Assembly (NCBI GenBank): GCA_965224085.1
Contig: CBDCYI010000005.1
Coordinates: 1,920,001-1,984,000, forward strand
Direction of reading: 5' to 3'
Length of the DNA: 64,000 nt
From: Candidatus Marinacidobacterales bacterium
Lineage (GTDB): Bacteria; Acidobacteriota; Vicinamibacteria; Marinacidobacterales; SMYC01
In this document: positions 8,862 through 19,614 of the stretch, one piece after another
Position numbering within the stretch: position 1 is the stretch's first letter
How the letters are laid out: every line of letters begins with the position of its first letter
Translations under genes and position numbers: made by a program
Notes under the pieces: generated by a model
Databases searched by the model: none
What the model was told of the DNA's origin: nothing
Seen by the model: the letters and a program-made list of their open reading frames with translations, nothing else

Positions 8862-11800
8862 TTATTGCGCTTCAGGTTCTGACAATCTCGCAGCCCAAGT
8901 CCACCAACGGTATACGCAATCTCTTGCAACGCCATTTGGCAGTTTGTTAGCTGCCGGGCTTGCTAAAGCACGAAGCTCTAGTTCGTTCTCAACTAAAACG
9001 GGAAGGTCGTCGATATAGCCGTTTTCGCGTAAATATTGATCAAGATTGTCAAAACTACTCCGTCGGAAACCTTCCAGGCGTGGATCTTCTTTCGTCTCAA
9101 GGACAGTGATAAGCATCTCCGGATCGCCACACAATTCATCGGCGATCGCAACAACGTCACCTAGATAGCGCTCGCTCAAGGCACCACTATTTTCGATAGC
9201 TTCGCGATCGACGGGCCGGCCCCTTCCCTGTTTCCACAACTCACAGAAGACCTCAAGCAGGTCCAACCGGAACGCGATCTCCTGCGAAGATATCGAGCGG
9301 GAACCCAATTTATCGGCCAGCGCGGTACCTGAAACGATTTTCCATTGTCCTGCCGACTCGATGCCGTTCACCAGAAAGTCATGCAGCAGGTCCGGATCGT
9401 CCCACAGGACATAGAAAAAGTGCTGCGCTGCATATCCAAGAGCAGGTTCCAATAAGGGTACGCCAAGAGCCACACCATATTCTGTGGCTGATAATCCATT
9501 GGGTGCCAGGACCTTTGGCCTCTGCTCGACATGGAGCGCAAGCGGCCCGCTCACGCTAGCTGCCTGTGAGCGGATTAAGCCGAGGTCGATCTTGGCGGCT
9601 ATCTCGCAATTCTCTTCGGCGAGCGCATACTGAATACGGTCAATGTCGAAAGGGTCGCTGGTGAGATAAAATATCTGGCGCTCCTGGTCGTTCGCGATAC
9701 GTCCAAGGCTGCGAACAATCGCTTCGAAACGTTCAGGATCGCTCTGATCCAGCGCCTCATCGAGAAACAAAGGAAGTGTTCTGCCCTGTTCCACCTCCTC
9801 GGCAAAAGCTATTCGTGCCGCCAACAGCAACTGGGCGCGCGTACCGTCCGAAAGTTCTTCCAGTTCTCGACCCTCGCCACTGTGTAGCTCGATAGCAAAC
9901 AAACGAGGCTTCTTGGCTTCTTTGCCTAAACGTAGTTCGTAGTTGTGATGTGTAAATGCGGAAAAATGGCTTCGGGCACGTTCAAAAACGCGAGGCATCT
10001 GGGTCTGTTCATACTCCTGTTCGACAGTGTCAATCAGAAATTTTCCGGCCTTTGCGAAAAGCGCCTCGTCGAGACGATCCCGCAGTTTTGTTCGGACTTT
10101 TTCACGCACAGCAATGAGATCCTGAATGTTGCTGCCGCTCTTGGCTTCGTTCACCTGAGCCTTGATTTCTGCAATCGCATCCCGCAATTTGGCCGCCTTT
10201 TCCACTGCCTGGAAAAGGTCGCCCTGAAGCCGTTCGAGCGCCGGCCTGTCGCAATCGGCGAGTTCGGCTTCATTAGCTTTTTCAAGCTCGCCACGATCAA
10301 GCTCAATCTGACCTTCAAGCCGTGCCGCGGTGCTCTTTAGGTCAAGATAGTGCGGCAATGAATGCAGCAGTGCCGTAAGGCCATGCAAATCGCCGTCATC
10401 CAGTGACACTTCCGAGTAGATTGTTTTATCGAATTGAGCGCCACGTTGCGATCGCTTGAAATCTGCTCGCGTTGTTTGGTAGCCCATTGTTTGTCTGACA
10501 TTGCTTTTTCTAACCGCATGCTGCGATCCGCCAAATTGTTGAGATAAGCCCTGGCCGTTGCAGCATCCGTGGGCCGCGATTCACCATGACGCTCGAGAAG
10601 ACCAGCTAGGTCCGAGAGATATCTTGTGTATCTCGCTTCAAGACCCTCGACCTTACCGGCAACGCCTTCGTTCTTGCTGCGGGCTAAGCGGAGTTGGTCG
10701 AGTGCTCGTGCAAAATCTACGAGTTCCGCGTCGGACAGGATCGAGTCAAGTTTCAGGCTGTCCTTCAGCTTCTGCCTTCTAGATTTGAGGGCAGTTTCCA
10801 TTTCTGACAATCCGTTCAACTCGTTCGTGAGCGTGTGCCGTTCTACATCGCGATCGCGCGCTCGTTGCAAACTTGCTTCGACAACTGCGGTTTCTCTCTC
10901 CAGACTGCGCAGTCGAAACTCGACCGAAGGGATATCCCATGTGTCGGGTTCTTCGACACCAAGCTTTTCGAACGTTTCCTGTGCAGCATTTCGTTCGCCC
11001 AAAGAAGCTCTAGGATTGCCCAATATGAATACCGGTATAGCAATCCCCATGCTTGCGGCCGCCAACAGGGCAAACATCGGATCAACGAAGACGGCCAATC
11101 CGGCACCCGCAACAGTCATAGCAAAGGAGAATAATACCCAGGATCGACGAGTCCGAATCCTATCCGATAGTGGCTCCTCTTCGGGTACGCGCAGCCAAGA
11201 CCGCAATTCTTCAGCTGCGCTTCGGGTTCTCTCAAGGTCACGCGGGTTGCCTCCGGACTGTTCGACATGCGCAAGGAGACGCAATCTTTCTTCGATGACG
11301 TTGCCCCGCGCCTTATGTGCTTCGACAGCACGTAGGAATTCGAACAACTGGCCATGGTCGGCCAAATCCAGCAGCGCCTCATCTACATCGCCTCCGCCCA
11401 GCGCCGCTAGCGCCGCCGCAAGTTCCTTCCGGCGAGCGTTGTGTTCGGTTCTCGCCGCCTGAAACGCCAATTCAACCGTGCTCAACTTGTCCGCCTTTGC
11501 GCGCTGAGTCGTAAGTTCTGCATGGTCCAAAGGGGCTGATAGGCAAGTATCCTGTTGCGCAAGAGTGGCATCCGCCAACTGCTTTTCCACTGAACGGGCC
11601 CGTTCGGAAAATTCATTGAGCTGACCTTGGAGCTGCTCGATTTGCTCGACCTCTTTTCCTGTAAGTTTCGCTAGGCCGTCAGGCAGGGCTGCCATCTTTT
11701 CGGCGACGCCGGCATATTCTTCCAGGCGACCGGCAAGTCCGAGAGCGCGTTCTACAGACGAGAGGCGATCTGCGCTCGATTGTGCCGTGGCGAGTTGCGT

Positions 11801-12361
11801 CCCGAGGGACTCCAGCTGATCCGCGCGCTGCTGAAGGCTCGACTGCTTTCCTTCCGCCTCCCTAACATCCTGCAACGCCGTATTGAGATCGTTTCGCTCA
11901 CGACGGCCGTGTCGTGCGCTCACGCCAGCGAACAGGTCGGACGCAATCCGGTCCAAATCAAACCCGCCCGACATCTGGCGCCGAATCTCGGAAGCAATGT
12001 CTTGCGTGCCGTCCGGCGACGGATCTATCAGATCCCTCAGGCGCAGGAAAAAACAGCGATGGTTATGGGATGCAGGCAGGTTTGGCGGCACGCTGTCCTC
12101 TCCACCACGCTGCCAACGCACACGTGATCCCTCACGCTCCGCCCACCATGCATCCCTATCCAACTCAAACTCACCATTCACCAAGGTTCGCGGTGACGGT
12201 TCACGGTCTTCCCAATACAAACTTTCAACCGCGCGGCAAATGCTCGATTTACCGATCCCGTTCGGCCCGAAAACAACGTGGAAACCTGCTCCTGCCGGCT
12301 CGATCTCAAACGGTTGGCCGATCCCCGGAAGCCGGTTTATGGTGAGTCGTTTCAGTTTCAC
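8862..12361 (-). pseudogene. YhaN/SbcC(Rad50)-like ABC-ATPase, split by a 1-bp frameshift near 10425
   Basis: ORF 10337-12361 has Walker A GPNGIGKS and a coiled coil. ORF 8862-10487 has LSDGT and LFLDE. The frames join at ...SIKQ/IYSEVS. Confidence 0.85.
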
Positions 12362-13725
12362 GATGGATCGCCCTGCACATGGCGAGAGAGCATGGCGTTC
12401 AAGGCTGCCTTCCCGGATCGAAAGAGAATGTCGCGCAAGGCATCGTCCGATAGAGGGTCTGTCGCGTTGCGATGATCTTGAACAGGCGACCAGATATCTT
12501 TCCGGGAAATATTGCTCAACTCGGCACGCGCCTTTTCGAGCAATGCCCTGGACCGGTCATCATCGCGCTGAAGTATTAGGAGTCGTTGCGCCATCAGAGC
12601 TGCCGGGTCATCTCCCGCTGCAATTTCCGAGAGGTCTAGCCGCACCTCCATCGAGTCGATGATTTTATTAAAGAAGACGGCAGTATCACCGACGATACGT
12701 CCCAGCGTGTTCCATTCGTCCCCAGCAATCCGCTGCCGGATGTCCTCATATCGAGGGCTTGCCCCTGTCAGCTGCACACGCAGGCCGAGTGCGCGGGGTG
12801 CGGTGCCAGCTTCGCCGAGCTGGCGAACAAATCTCTCCGCTTCGCCCAGCAATCTGTCAGGCACGTCCTCAACATGCTCAAGCCCATCGATTGAAACGGT
12901 CGCATATTCCCATCGAAGAGGTGCGAGCGGCACCTGCTCAAAGTGAAGATCGCCACCATTGGATATTCTCAAGAGCCAGGGGCCATGCGGGCCTACTTCC
13001 GACGGATCGAGCCCAATCAGAGAACCGAGATAGCCAGATGGCCGAGAATCTGTCGATGCTGAGAGCCTTTCGATCGAAGGTTTATGAATATGGCCCAACA
13101 ACCAAGCATCATAGCCGGTATTGTCGAGTTCGGCCTGCCTGATTGGCGCATAATGCCCGCCGGAGGCGTCGAGATCGGCATGCAGCAAACCAATCCTCGG
13201 GATCGGTGACGAAGGCGTCTCCAGCGGTTCTTCCAAGAGCTGCGCAACCGGGCTTTGACGCACAAACCGTTCACCAAAAGACCAGCCAATTATTTCCGCA
13301 ACTGGAGACTGGTTTTTGGTTATCATCCTCGCTTCCCATTGGCCACCGGCGCCCAACAGGGTGAAACCGTCGATCAAGGCCGCCAGCCTTGGCAATGCCT
13401 CAACATCATGGTTGCCTGCAACAGCGATGACCTGGATTCCCGCTTCCAATAGCCGTCGAATGCTTTCCTCAAGTGGCAGCATTGCCTCGAACCTAGAATT
13501 GGTGCTTTCAACGACATCGCCGGCGAATAGCACTGCATCCAGCTTCTGTTCAATCGCAAAATCGACAGAAAGTTTGAGAGCGGCTGCAGGCGTGAGTTCC
13601 CTCGGATCAAGGCCCCAGGATGAAATCTCGTCAGGCACTCCCGAGCAAGCCGTGCCGAGGTGAACATCACCAATCGCGAGAATTGCAGCGCCTTCATCCA
13701 TTCGATTTTGGACCACCCTGATCAA
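12358..13725 (-). CDS. YhaO/SbcD(Mre11)-like metallophosphoesterase nuclease
   Basis: GDVHLG, AGDV, GNHD and LGHIH motifs; overlaps the start of the ATPase gene. Confidence 0.9.
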   Translation of the reverse strand: MIRVVQNRMDEGAAILAIGDVHLGTACSGVPDEISSWGLDPRELTPAAALKLSVDFAIEQKLDAVLFAGDVVESTNSRFEAMLPLEESIRRLLEAGIQVIAVAGNHDVEALPRLAALIDGFTLLGAGGQWEARMITKNQSPVAEIIGWSFGERFVRQSPVAQLLEEPLETPSSPIPRIGLLHADLDASGGHYAPIRQAELDNTGYDAWLLGHIHKPSIERLSASTDSRPSGYLGSLIGLDPSEVGPHGPWLLRISNGGDLHFEQVPLAPLRWEYATVSIDGLEHVEDVPDRLLGEAERFVRQLGEAGTAPRALGLRVQLTGASPRYEDIRQRIAGDEWNTLGRIVGDTAVFFNKIIDSMEVRLDLSEIAAGDDPAALMAQRLLILQRDDDRSRALLEKARAELSNISRKDIWSPVQDHRNATDPLSDDALRDILFRSGKAALNAMLSRHVQGDPS

Positions 13726-13958
13726 CGAAATGACAATAAACCGTGGTACCCAGGATTCATTGCCGCGGGTCCGCCAGATAGTCGAAATGCTCTAGAAAAT
13801 TAACAATCATATGGAACGCCTCCGCCGCCTTCGCATACCCACCCGCTATTTCCATGATCCTCCTCGCCAATCAAAAGGTACTTATATACTTGACGCTGCT
13901 CAGAGCTTCCATCGTTGATCTCAATTCTCCATAGTTCGGCACAGGTTTTGTTGATCTG

Positions 13959-14413
13959 TCACTCAAGCAATGCCTTGAGTAATGCATCTGGCGTGTCCGA
14001 GTAAAACTGGATGTTGATCCGCGTCGCCATGTCGTCGGAGAGTTCGAACAGTTGCTTCCTTGCCGACACTGGCATGAGCATGGTATCGGCGCCTTTCTCA
14101 ACGGCGACCTCGATAATACCAACGGCATTGGTCAGTGGCTCCACTGAACCACCGAGATTGAGTGCGCCGACCACGATCAGACCACCCTTGGTGCTTTTCT
14201 CAAGCAGTCCGCCGCAAAGGGCCATAAGTGTCGGCAGGCCGAGCGACGTTCCGCTTCGATCATTATCCATAGCACGGAGCTGTAACGAAAACTCGTGAGA
14301 GCGCGGATCGCGGTCTCCAACCAGTTGCTTTGACCTTGTATACAGGTTTTGCTCGGCGTATCTGACACTCTCGCGAAATGTAGGTGGAACCGGTGCATTC
14401 AGGATCTTAACCC
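13959..14413 (-). pseudogene. brxL: BrxL-like Lon-protease C-terminal fragment
   Basis: Encodes GGLIVVGALNLGGSVEP...AVEKGA..LMPVS...IQFYSD, homologous to the tail of 60511-61835. The 5' part is replaced by a repeat-A end. Confidence 0.75.
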
Positions 14414-14552
14414 CGTCGTGTGCCAAAACTCGGCCCTTTTGAAATAGACCATAAATCAGCAGCTTAGTGTCTATGGTGCGCTCCCGTGAACGGCTTTGGC
14501 GGGTTGCTACGTTTCTACCATCGGGAAGCCGCATGAGTATTTTGACCTCACG
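14414..14552 (+). mobile_element. 139-bp internally deleted rve-integrase element (left end A plus right end C)
   Basis: Starts CGTCGTGTGCCAAAACTC. Ends with the integrase tail GGLLRFYHREAA-stop followed by GTATTTTGACCTCACG. Confidence 0.75.
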
Positions 14553-14857
14553 GGGACATCCCCGTTAGGGGCTGGCCGCCAACACTTAACCCTAATCGCA
14601 AATAGACGTCACCGTGTCTGAGGTCTTTGGCCCCGTGAATAGCACCTTTTCCAGGTTCTGCATACACCGTGCAGAATCACCTATAGTGGCGGCGAGCGGG
14701 TGCCCCAGCACGAGCTTCTCGCCTGCGCCCAGTGCGGCTGTTTCGCGTTTTCGTGCTTCGAAGATTTTGCGATTAGGGTTAATTGCGGAAGCACCGTGGA
14801 GGATTGTGACATTGAGCAAATTATACCTTTTCGGCTCCCCTCTCTCACGCACGCCCA

Positions 14858-17800
14858 TCAAGAATGCGCGATCTTGCAGAAAACGTTGAGCAACGACACC
14901 TCGTTCATCGAGCCAGCCGAAGCACCTGCGATGCGCGGATCGCCTACGATGACGGCCATGCACTGTGCCCGAGACAGAGCTACGTTGATCCGGTTGCGGT
15001 CCAGAATAAAGGAAAGTCCACGGGAGCCGTACTCCCCGTAGCTTGAGCAGGTCGAGAATATGCAGATCGGCGCTTCCTGGCCCTGAAACTTGTCCACACT
15101 ACCAACACGCGCACCGTCTAGGAGTTCCGCTTGAAGAGCGCGAACTTGTGCGTTGTAGGGAGTGATGAATAGGAAGTCATCTAAGGCCAGCTTCTTGTCG
15201 CTTCCATCTGATGTACGATACGTTCTTCCAAGTAGCTCTTCGTATACTGCCTTCACCTGCGCAATCTCTTCGTCGCTCTGCTGAATGTTGCCGTCGTGCT
15301 CAATGCCAATAAACACAACGCCGTTCCCTTTTGTTATTAGGCTGGCGTTCTCCGGAATTTCTACTTCTTGCTTCGCGCAGTCCGGATGTGACACAAGACG
15401 GCCCTCATAAGCGGTCTCAGATACGAAACGACACACAGAAGGATGCATGCGTCGAGACTCCCCAAGGAAGAGCCCGTGGTCCACAGGCACGACGGCGTGA
15501 TACACGGGCCGATCAGGCTTGCTCGCCTCAAAGTCCTTAAGTACGTATTGCAGCGACGACAACCCGGAATCTCCTGGATGGGTCCCTTGGATAGGTTGCT
15601 CAAGCTGCATCTGGTCACCTAGCAAGACAAGATTCGTAGTGCTACGGGCCATCGCAACGGCATTCGCTAGAGACACCTGACCGGCTTCATCGATGAAGAG
15701 AAAGTCGAGCGCGCCCTCCCACTCTGGGAGGGTAAACAGCCATGCCGTTCCGCCGACGATCCCACCGCCATACGCATCCTTAGCGTCTTTATTGCTCTTG
15801 ATGTGCTGGAGTTCGGGATTGTCCTCGAATAGCTGGATATCTGCGTCGCCTCCGATCTTGATGCCACGAAGTGTATCGCCATTCGCGCGATGTGCCTCCC
15901 CACTACCTTCAAGAAGGCGCACTATGGCCTTGTGACTATTGGAGGCCACACCGACACGTTTTCCCGCATCCAGTAAAAAAGTGATCATCTGCGCGGCGGT
16001 ATACGTTTTGCCAGTCCCTGGCGGGCCTTGCACAACGAGACATTCGCCATTCATCGAATGCGCGGCTTGGACAGCTTCATCGACCTGAGACTCGGCCTTC
16101 TTCTCGGCGATGGCAACTGGCGCCTGTCGTTCCAGCATCGCTACGATGGGCGGGTGCAGTTTCTGTGCGAGGTGCTCCTCCGCAATGTTTGTAAGCGCGG
16201 CCTGTATCGAGGCGGCGGGCACATACTCGTTTGGTATCAACGAGCCGTAGTGCGGGAACGCACCCCCGAGCTTCTCGTCCAAGCCCTTCTGGCTGATCTT
16301 GACCTGAAGTCGTCCTTCCTGAAGGTCCAACGAGGCAAGGCCCAACGTTGCGCCAATGTTGTGGGAAAACATAACCCTTGTCTTGCCATCAGCTGCAAGC
16401 TTGCATTCCTGAGAGGGGTCGAACTCGTAGGTCTGAACCAGGGAGCGCTTCTCCGCTTCTGGTGGGCCAACAGCCGTGACGCCTTGGACGCAACCCGAGT
16501 CATCCCAAAGCTCTTCGTCACTCGCTTCGGCGCGGTCAAACATCCGCCACCACATCGGCTTTTCCTCGCGCCGATGAAAGTCGACGAGATCTGCAAGTGT
16601 GGCGGAGATCGAGTCATCCCGCTTGCGCAGATTTTCAACAGCTGCCCGTCGAGCGAGCACCTCAGGCGGCAGTTCCTTATCACCAGAATCAGCGGATTTG
16701 GAAGAGGAATCCCCGACGGCAGGCGACGAGTAAGAGATCTTGTTTTCAGCGGCGAGCGTTCGGAGCCAAGCAAGAAAGTCTGAGGTTGAAGCGCAGTCGT
16801 CCTCGTTATAGTCCCGGATGCCTTTCAAGATCGCACTATCTTCCCAACGCGGCCCCTCCTCACTCCCACTCCAATGGGCGTAACGGACAACAGAGCCTAG
16901 CGCTGTTGTCACATCCGTGGATCGCCCAGGCCGATAGAGGCGCTCGATAGATTTCAGTGAATAATCTTGTTCTCCGACAACAAGGCCACGACGCAATACG
17001 CGATAGAGATCGACGAATACGTTGCCCCGGAGCAAATCATCGACTTCGTCCTGCCGCGTGTCGTGACGGGTGCTTAGTCGTCGTAACGCGCCCACGTCAT
17101 AAGCACCGAAATGGTAGATGTGCATCGCTGGGTTGTCTTTCCAGCGGCCGTGGATCCAATCGATGAAGCTCTCGAAAGCGACCTTTTCCTCATCGCGTGT
17201 GTGTGCCCACCAATCATGGAATTGTGGATCGCCGGTTTTCGCGTCGAAGGTCCGTGCGCCAAACAGATATTCCAGGCCACCGGGAACGAGCGGGTAGCCC
17301 TCGATGTCAAAGACTACGTCTGCAGGATCTACCGGGGGTAACGTGGCAAGGCCGACGGCCTCATAGTTCGGCCCAGTTGAAGGGAGTAATTCGTATCGTG
17401 GCGGTGCACCCGGATTCGCGGTCCGGTCTTCACGAGTGCCACATTGTAGCCGGGCCTGTGTGGAAAGCTTTTCGAGAGAATTCTCCGCAAGCTTCGGAAT
17501 CGACGTTCCGGACGCCTCAGCGAGTTGGGCCATCGTTGTTACGCCCGCGGCCTTCAGTTTCTTTATCTGACCGACTGTGATGCCCGCGACGCGCACGAGG
17601 TGGTCGGTTTTCCCAAAGAAGTGCTCTGCATGCGAAGTCCATCGCCCATGGTCAGCTCCAGGCAACGGCTTCGGGCGGTCGTCGATGTTACCGGAAAAGC
17701 CGTCCTGCATAGCTAGAAACTCGGCCTTTAAGTGACGGTAGTAGTGGAGAAAATCTTCGACACGAAATTCAACCCTGTCTTTTGTGCCGAGAATAATCCC

Positions 17801-18283
17801 GAACTTTTCAGGCAGCGCCTCGTCGGCGGATTCCGCAAGCATTTCGGAATAGCAGCATAGCTGGATCGCATAGTAGGGTTTCGGGGAGTGCGCAAGTTTC
17901 GCATCCCAGACTTGGTATTGCTCCGTGTCGTCAAGGGTCAGAAAGTCGGCGAAGCCGGCGAACCGGTCGTGCTCAAGAGCCGCTTGGTAAATGATGGGAG
18001 CCTTCGTTTTGAGAGCCTCTAACGTATCGGCACGTGCTTGCCTTATGTCGTCCGTCGCGATTTCGGCGACCCCTATCCCAGATGCCTTGAAATCCTCCAG
18101 GACCGAGTGCTCATGCTCGTTTCCTGTTTCGGCGATGAGTCTTTGGTCCTCTGTCTCTTCGTCCGGTTTCAACTCACCCGGATTCTCAAGATTGAAGCGA
18201 TCCATCCAAGAGGAAAACGGAGAGGCGACGAAACGCACCAAGTCACTCGGCGAAAAGATTATTTTGTCTCCGTGGGTGATCAT
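14858..18283 (-). CDS. TM0106-family RecB-like nuclease / RNase H-like / SF1 helicase fusion
   Basis: FSPSDL, GFADFL, DAK..QL..Y; FDIE, YSLK, YNEDDC; QGPPGTGKT, IDEAGQ, GDQMQL, VDKFQGQE, NVALSRA. Confidence 0.9.
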   Translation of the reverse strand: MITHGDKIIFSPSDLVRFVASPFSSWMDRFNLENPGELKPDEETEDQRLIAETGNEHEHSVLEDFKASGIGVAEIATDDIRQARADTLEALKTKAPIIYQAALEHDRFAGFADFLTLDDTEQYQVWDAKLAHSPKPYYAIQLCCYSEMLAESADEALPEKFGIILGTKDRVEFRVEDFLHYYRHLKAEFLAMQDGFSGNIDDRPKPLPGADHGRWTSHAEHFFGKTDHLVRVAGITVGQIKKLKAAGVTTMAQLAEASGTSIPKLAENSLEKLSTQARLQCGTREDRTANPGAPPRYELLPSTGPNYEAVGLATLPPVDPADVVFDIEGYPLVPGGLEYLFGARTFDAKTGDPQFHDWWAHTRDEEKVAFESFIDWIHGRWKDNPAMHIYHFGAYDVGALRRLSTRHDTRQDEVDDLLRGNVFVDLYRVLRRGLVVGEQDYSLKSIERLYRPGRSTDVTTALGSVVRYAHWSGSEEGPRWEDSAILKGIRDYNEDDCASTSDFLAWLRTLAAENKISYSSPAVGDSSSKSADSGDKELPPEVLARRAAVENLRKRDDSISATLADLVDFHRREEKPMWWRMFDRAEASDEELWDDSGCVQGVTAVGPPEAEKRSLVQTYEFDPSQECKLAADGKTRVMFSHNIGATLGLASLDLQEGRLQVKISQKGLDEKLGGAFPHYGSLIPNEYVPAASIQAALTNIAEEHLAQKLHPPIVAMLERQAPVAIAEKKAESQVDEAVQAAHSMNGECLVVQGPPGTGKTYTAAQMITFLLDAGKRVGVASNSHKAIVRLLEGSGEAHRANGDTLRGIKIGGDADIQLFEDNPELQHIKSNKDAKDAYGGGIVGGTAWLFTLPEWEGALDFLFIDEAGQVSLANAVAMARSTTNLVLLGDQMQLEQPIQGTHPGDSGLSSLQYVLKDFEASKPDRPVYHAVVPVDHGLFLGESRRMHPSVCRFVSETAYEGRLVSHPDCAKQEVEIPENASLITKGNGVVFIGIEHDGNIQQSDEEIAQVKAVYEELLGRTYRTSDGSDKKLALDDFLFITPYNAQVRALQAELLDGARVGSVDKFQGQEAPICIFSTCSSYGEYGSRGLSFILDRNRINVALSRAQCMAVIVGDPRIAGASAGSMNEVSLLNVFCKIAHS

Positions 18284-18341
18284 GAAGCGTCTACCTGAAT
18301 CCGTGCAAGAGATGGAGTATTACTCGGACACGGGGGGGATG

Positions 18342-19455
18342 GTCGAGTAGCTCAGCCATTCGGCTTTCGCCCTCACAGATCCGAGCGTGCGGCTTTCCCG
18401 CACTCGGCTCCTCCTGAAGGTATACCCGAAATCAGACAAGGCAAGGTAGTCGGGACGGAGTGAGGTGAGGGACTGGTAGGGGAAAGCGCTCCAACAACAA
18501 GTGAAAACGAGGCCAGGTCATTCGGCGCTGACTCCGCCGACGAAGGCTTCGAAACCACAACCGTGTCACCTCCTCAGAAAAGGATTGGAGAGAGCGGATG
18601 TTGCTGGGAAGTCCGTAGTACGCGTAGTGACCGCGCAGCACCTGGCAAAGCCAGCGATGCTGGACGGCGACTGGAGCATGCATACGTTGCTTCGCGCGAA
18701 GCCGTAGCGACTTGAGTTTGGCTCGTAGCCGCTGGCTCTGCGTTTTGCGCTTCACGACGAAACGGCCATCGCGGGTTCTCCCACAATAATGAGTGAAACC
18801 CAGGAAAGCGAACGTCGCACACCGCCGAAGGCCCCGTTGCTCGCGTGACAAGGAAGGTAATCTCCCGAACTCGAGCAAACGGGTCTTGTTCTCGTGGAGC
18901 GCAAGCCCGAATCGGGCTAGTCGCTCCTTGAGCGCTCTCATCATCCTGCTGGCATCGGTCCGATGCTGGAAGCCCATGACGAAGTCGTCAGCGTATCGCA
19001 CGATGGAAATACGGCCTTGTGCTTCGAGCCGGCGCCATCGATGAACCCACAGATCTAGAACGTAGTGCAGAAAGACGTTAGCCAAGAGCGGGCTCACACC
19101 TGCCCCTTGCGGTGTCCCTTCAGTTGTCTCGCTCCACTCTCCTTTCTCCAGTACGCCGGCTCGCAACCACTGACGGATGAGTCGAAGGATGCGTTTGTCG
19201 GCGACCCGGTGCGAAAGCATCCGCATCAACCACTCGTGGTCCACCGAGTCGAAGAACTTGCGGATGTCCGCGTCGAGAACCCAGTTCACGCGTTGCGTCA
19301 TGAGCGCGGTGTGGAGCGCGTGCAACGCTTGGTGCGGGCTCCGTCCGGGCCGAAACCCGTACGAGAACCCGATGAAATCGACTTCGTAGACGGCGCTCAA
19401 AACCTCGGCTACCGCTCCTTGGACAATCTTGTCTTCCAGTGCGGGGATGCCAAGA
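18342..19455 (-). mobile_element. Group II intron, 3' portion (5' end deleted)
   Basis: RT ORF followed by domain V GAGCCGAGTGCGGGAAAGCCGCACGCTCGGATC and domain VI ending CTACTCGAC at 18342. Confidence 0.9.
18432..19455 (-). pseudogene. ltrA: Group II intron reverse transcriptase/maturase, N-terminally truncated
   Basis: LGIPALEDKIVQ, SYGFRPGR, DADIRKFFD, GTPQG, RYADD, FLGF and a maturase domain. Confidence 0.9.
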
Positions 19456-19614
19456 AACGAAGATGACTCCGCAGACGGTCCAGTACAAGGAGCTATCCGA
19501 GTCTGGAAACCATGACAGGAAATTTGGGCCAGTTTGAGTCTGATTGGTGGAGGCCAGTGTCGGAGAGCAGCTTGCTGCTAACCGAGCCTATTCACGAAGT
19601 GGGCGCTGGCAGGC

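Noticed and set aside
14553-14592. attC/integron signature (GTTAGGG, CCCTAAC)
   Set aside because: Only isolated core-like heptamers; no paired L/R boxes and no IntI.
18432-19455. RT as a retron, DGR or defence RT
   Set aside because: It has a maturase domain and canonical intron domains V/VI downstream; no TR/VR pair or msr-msd was seen.
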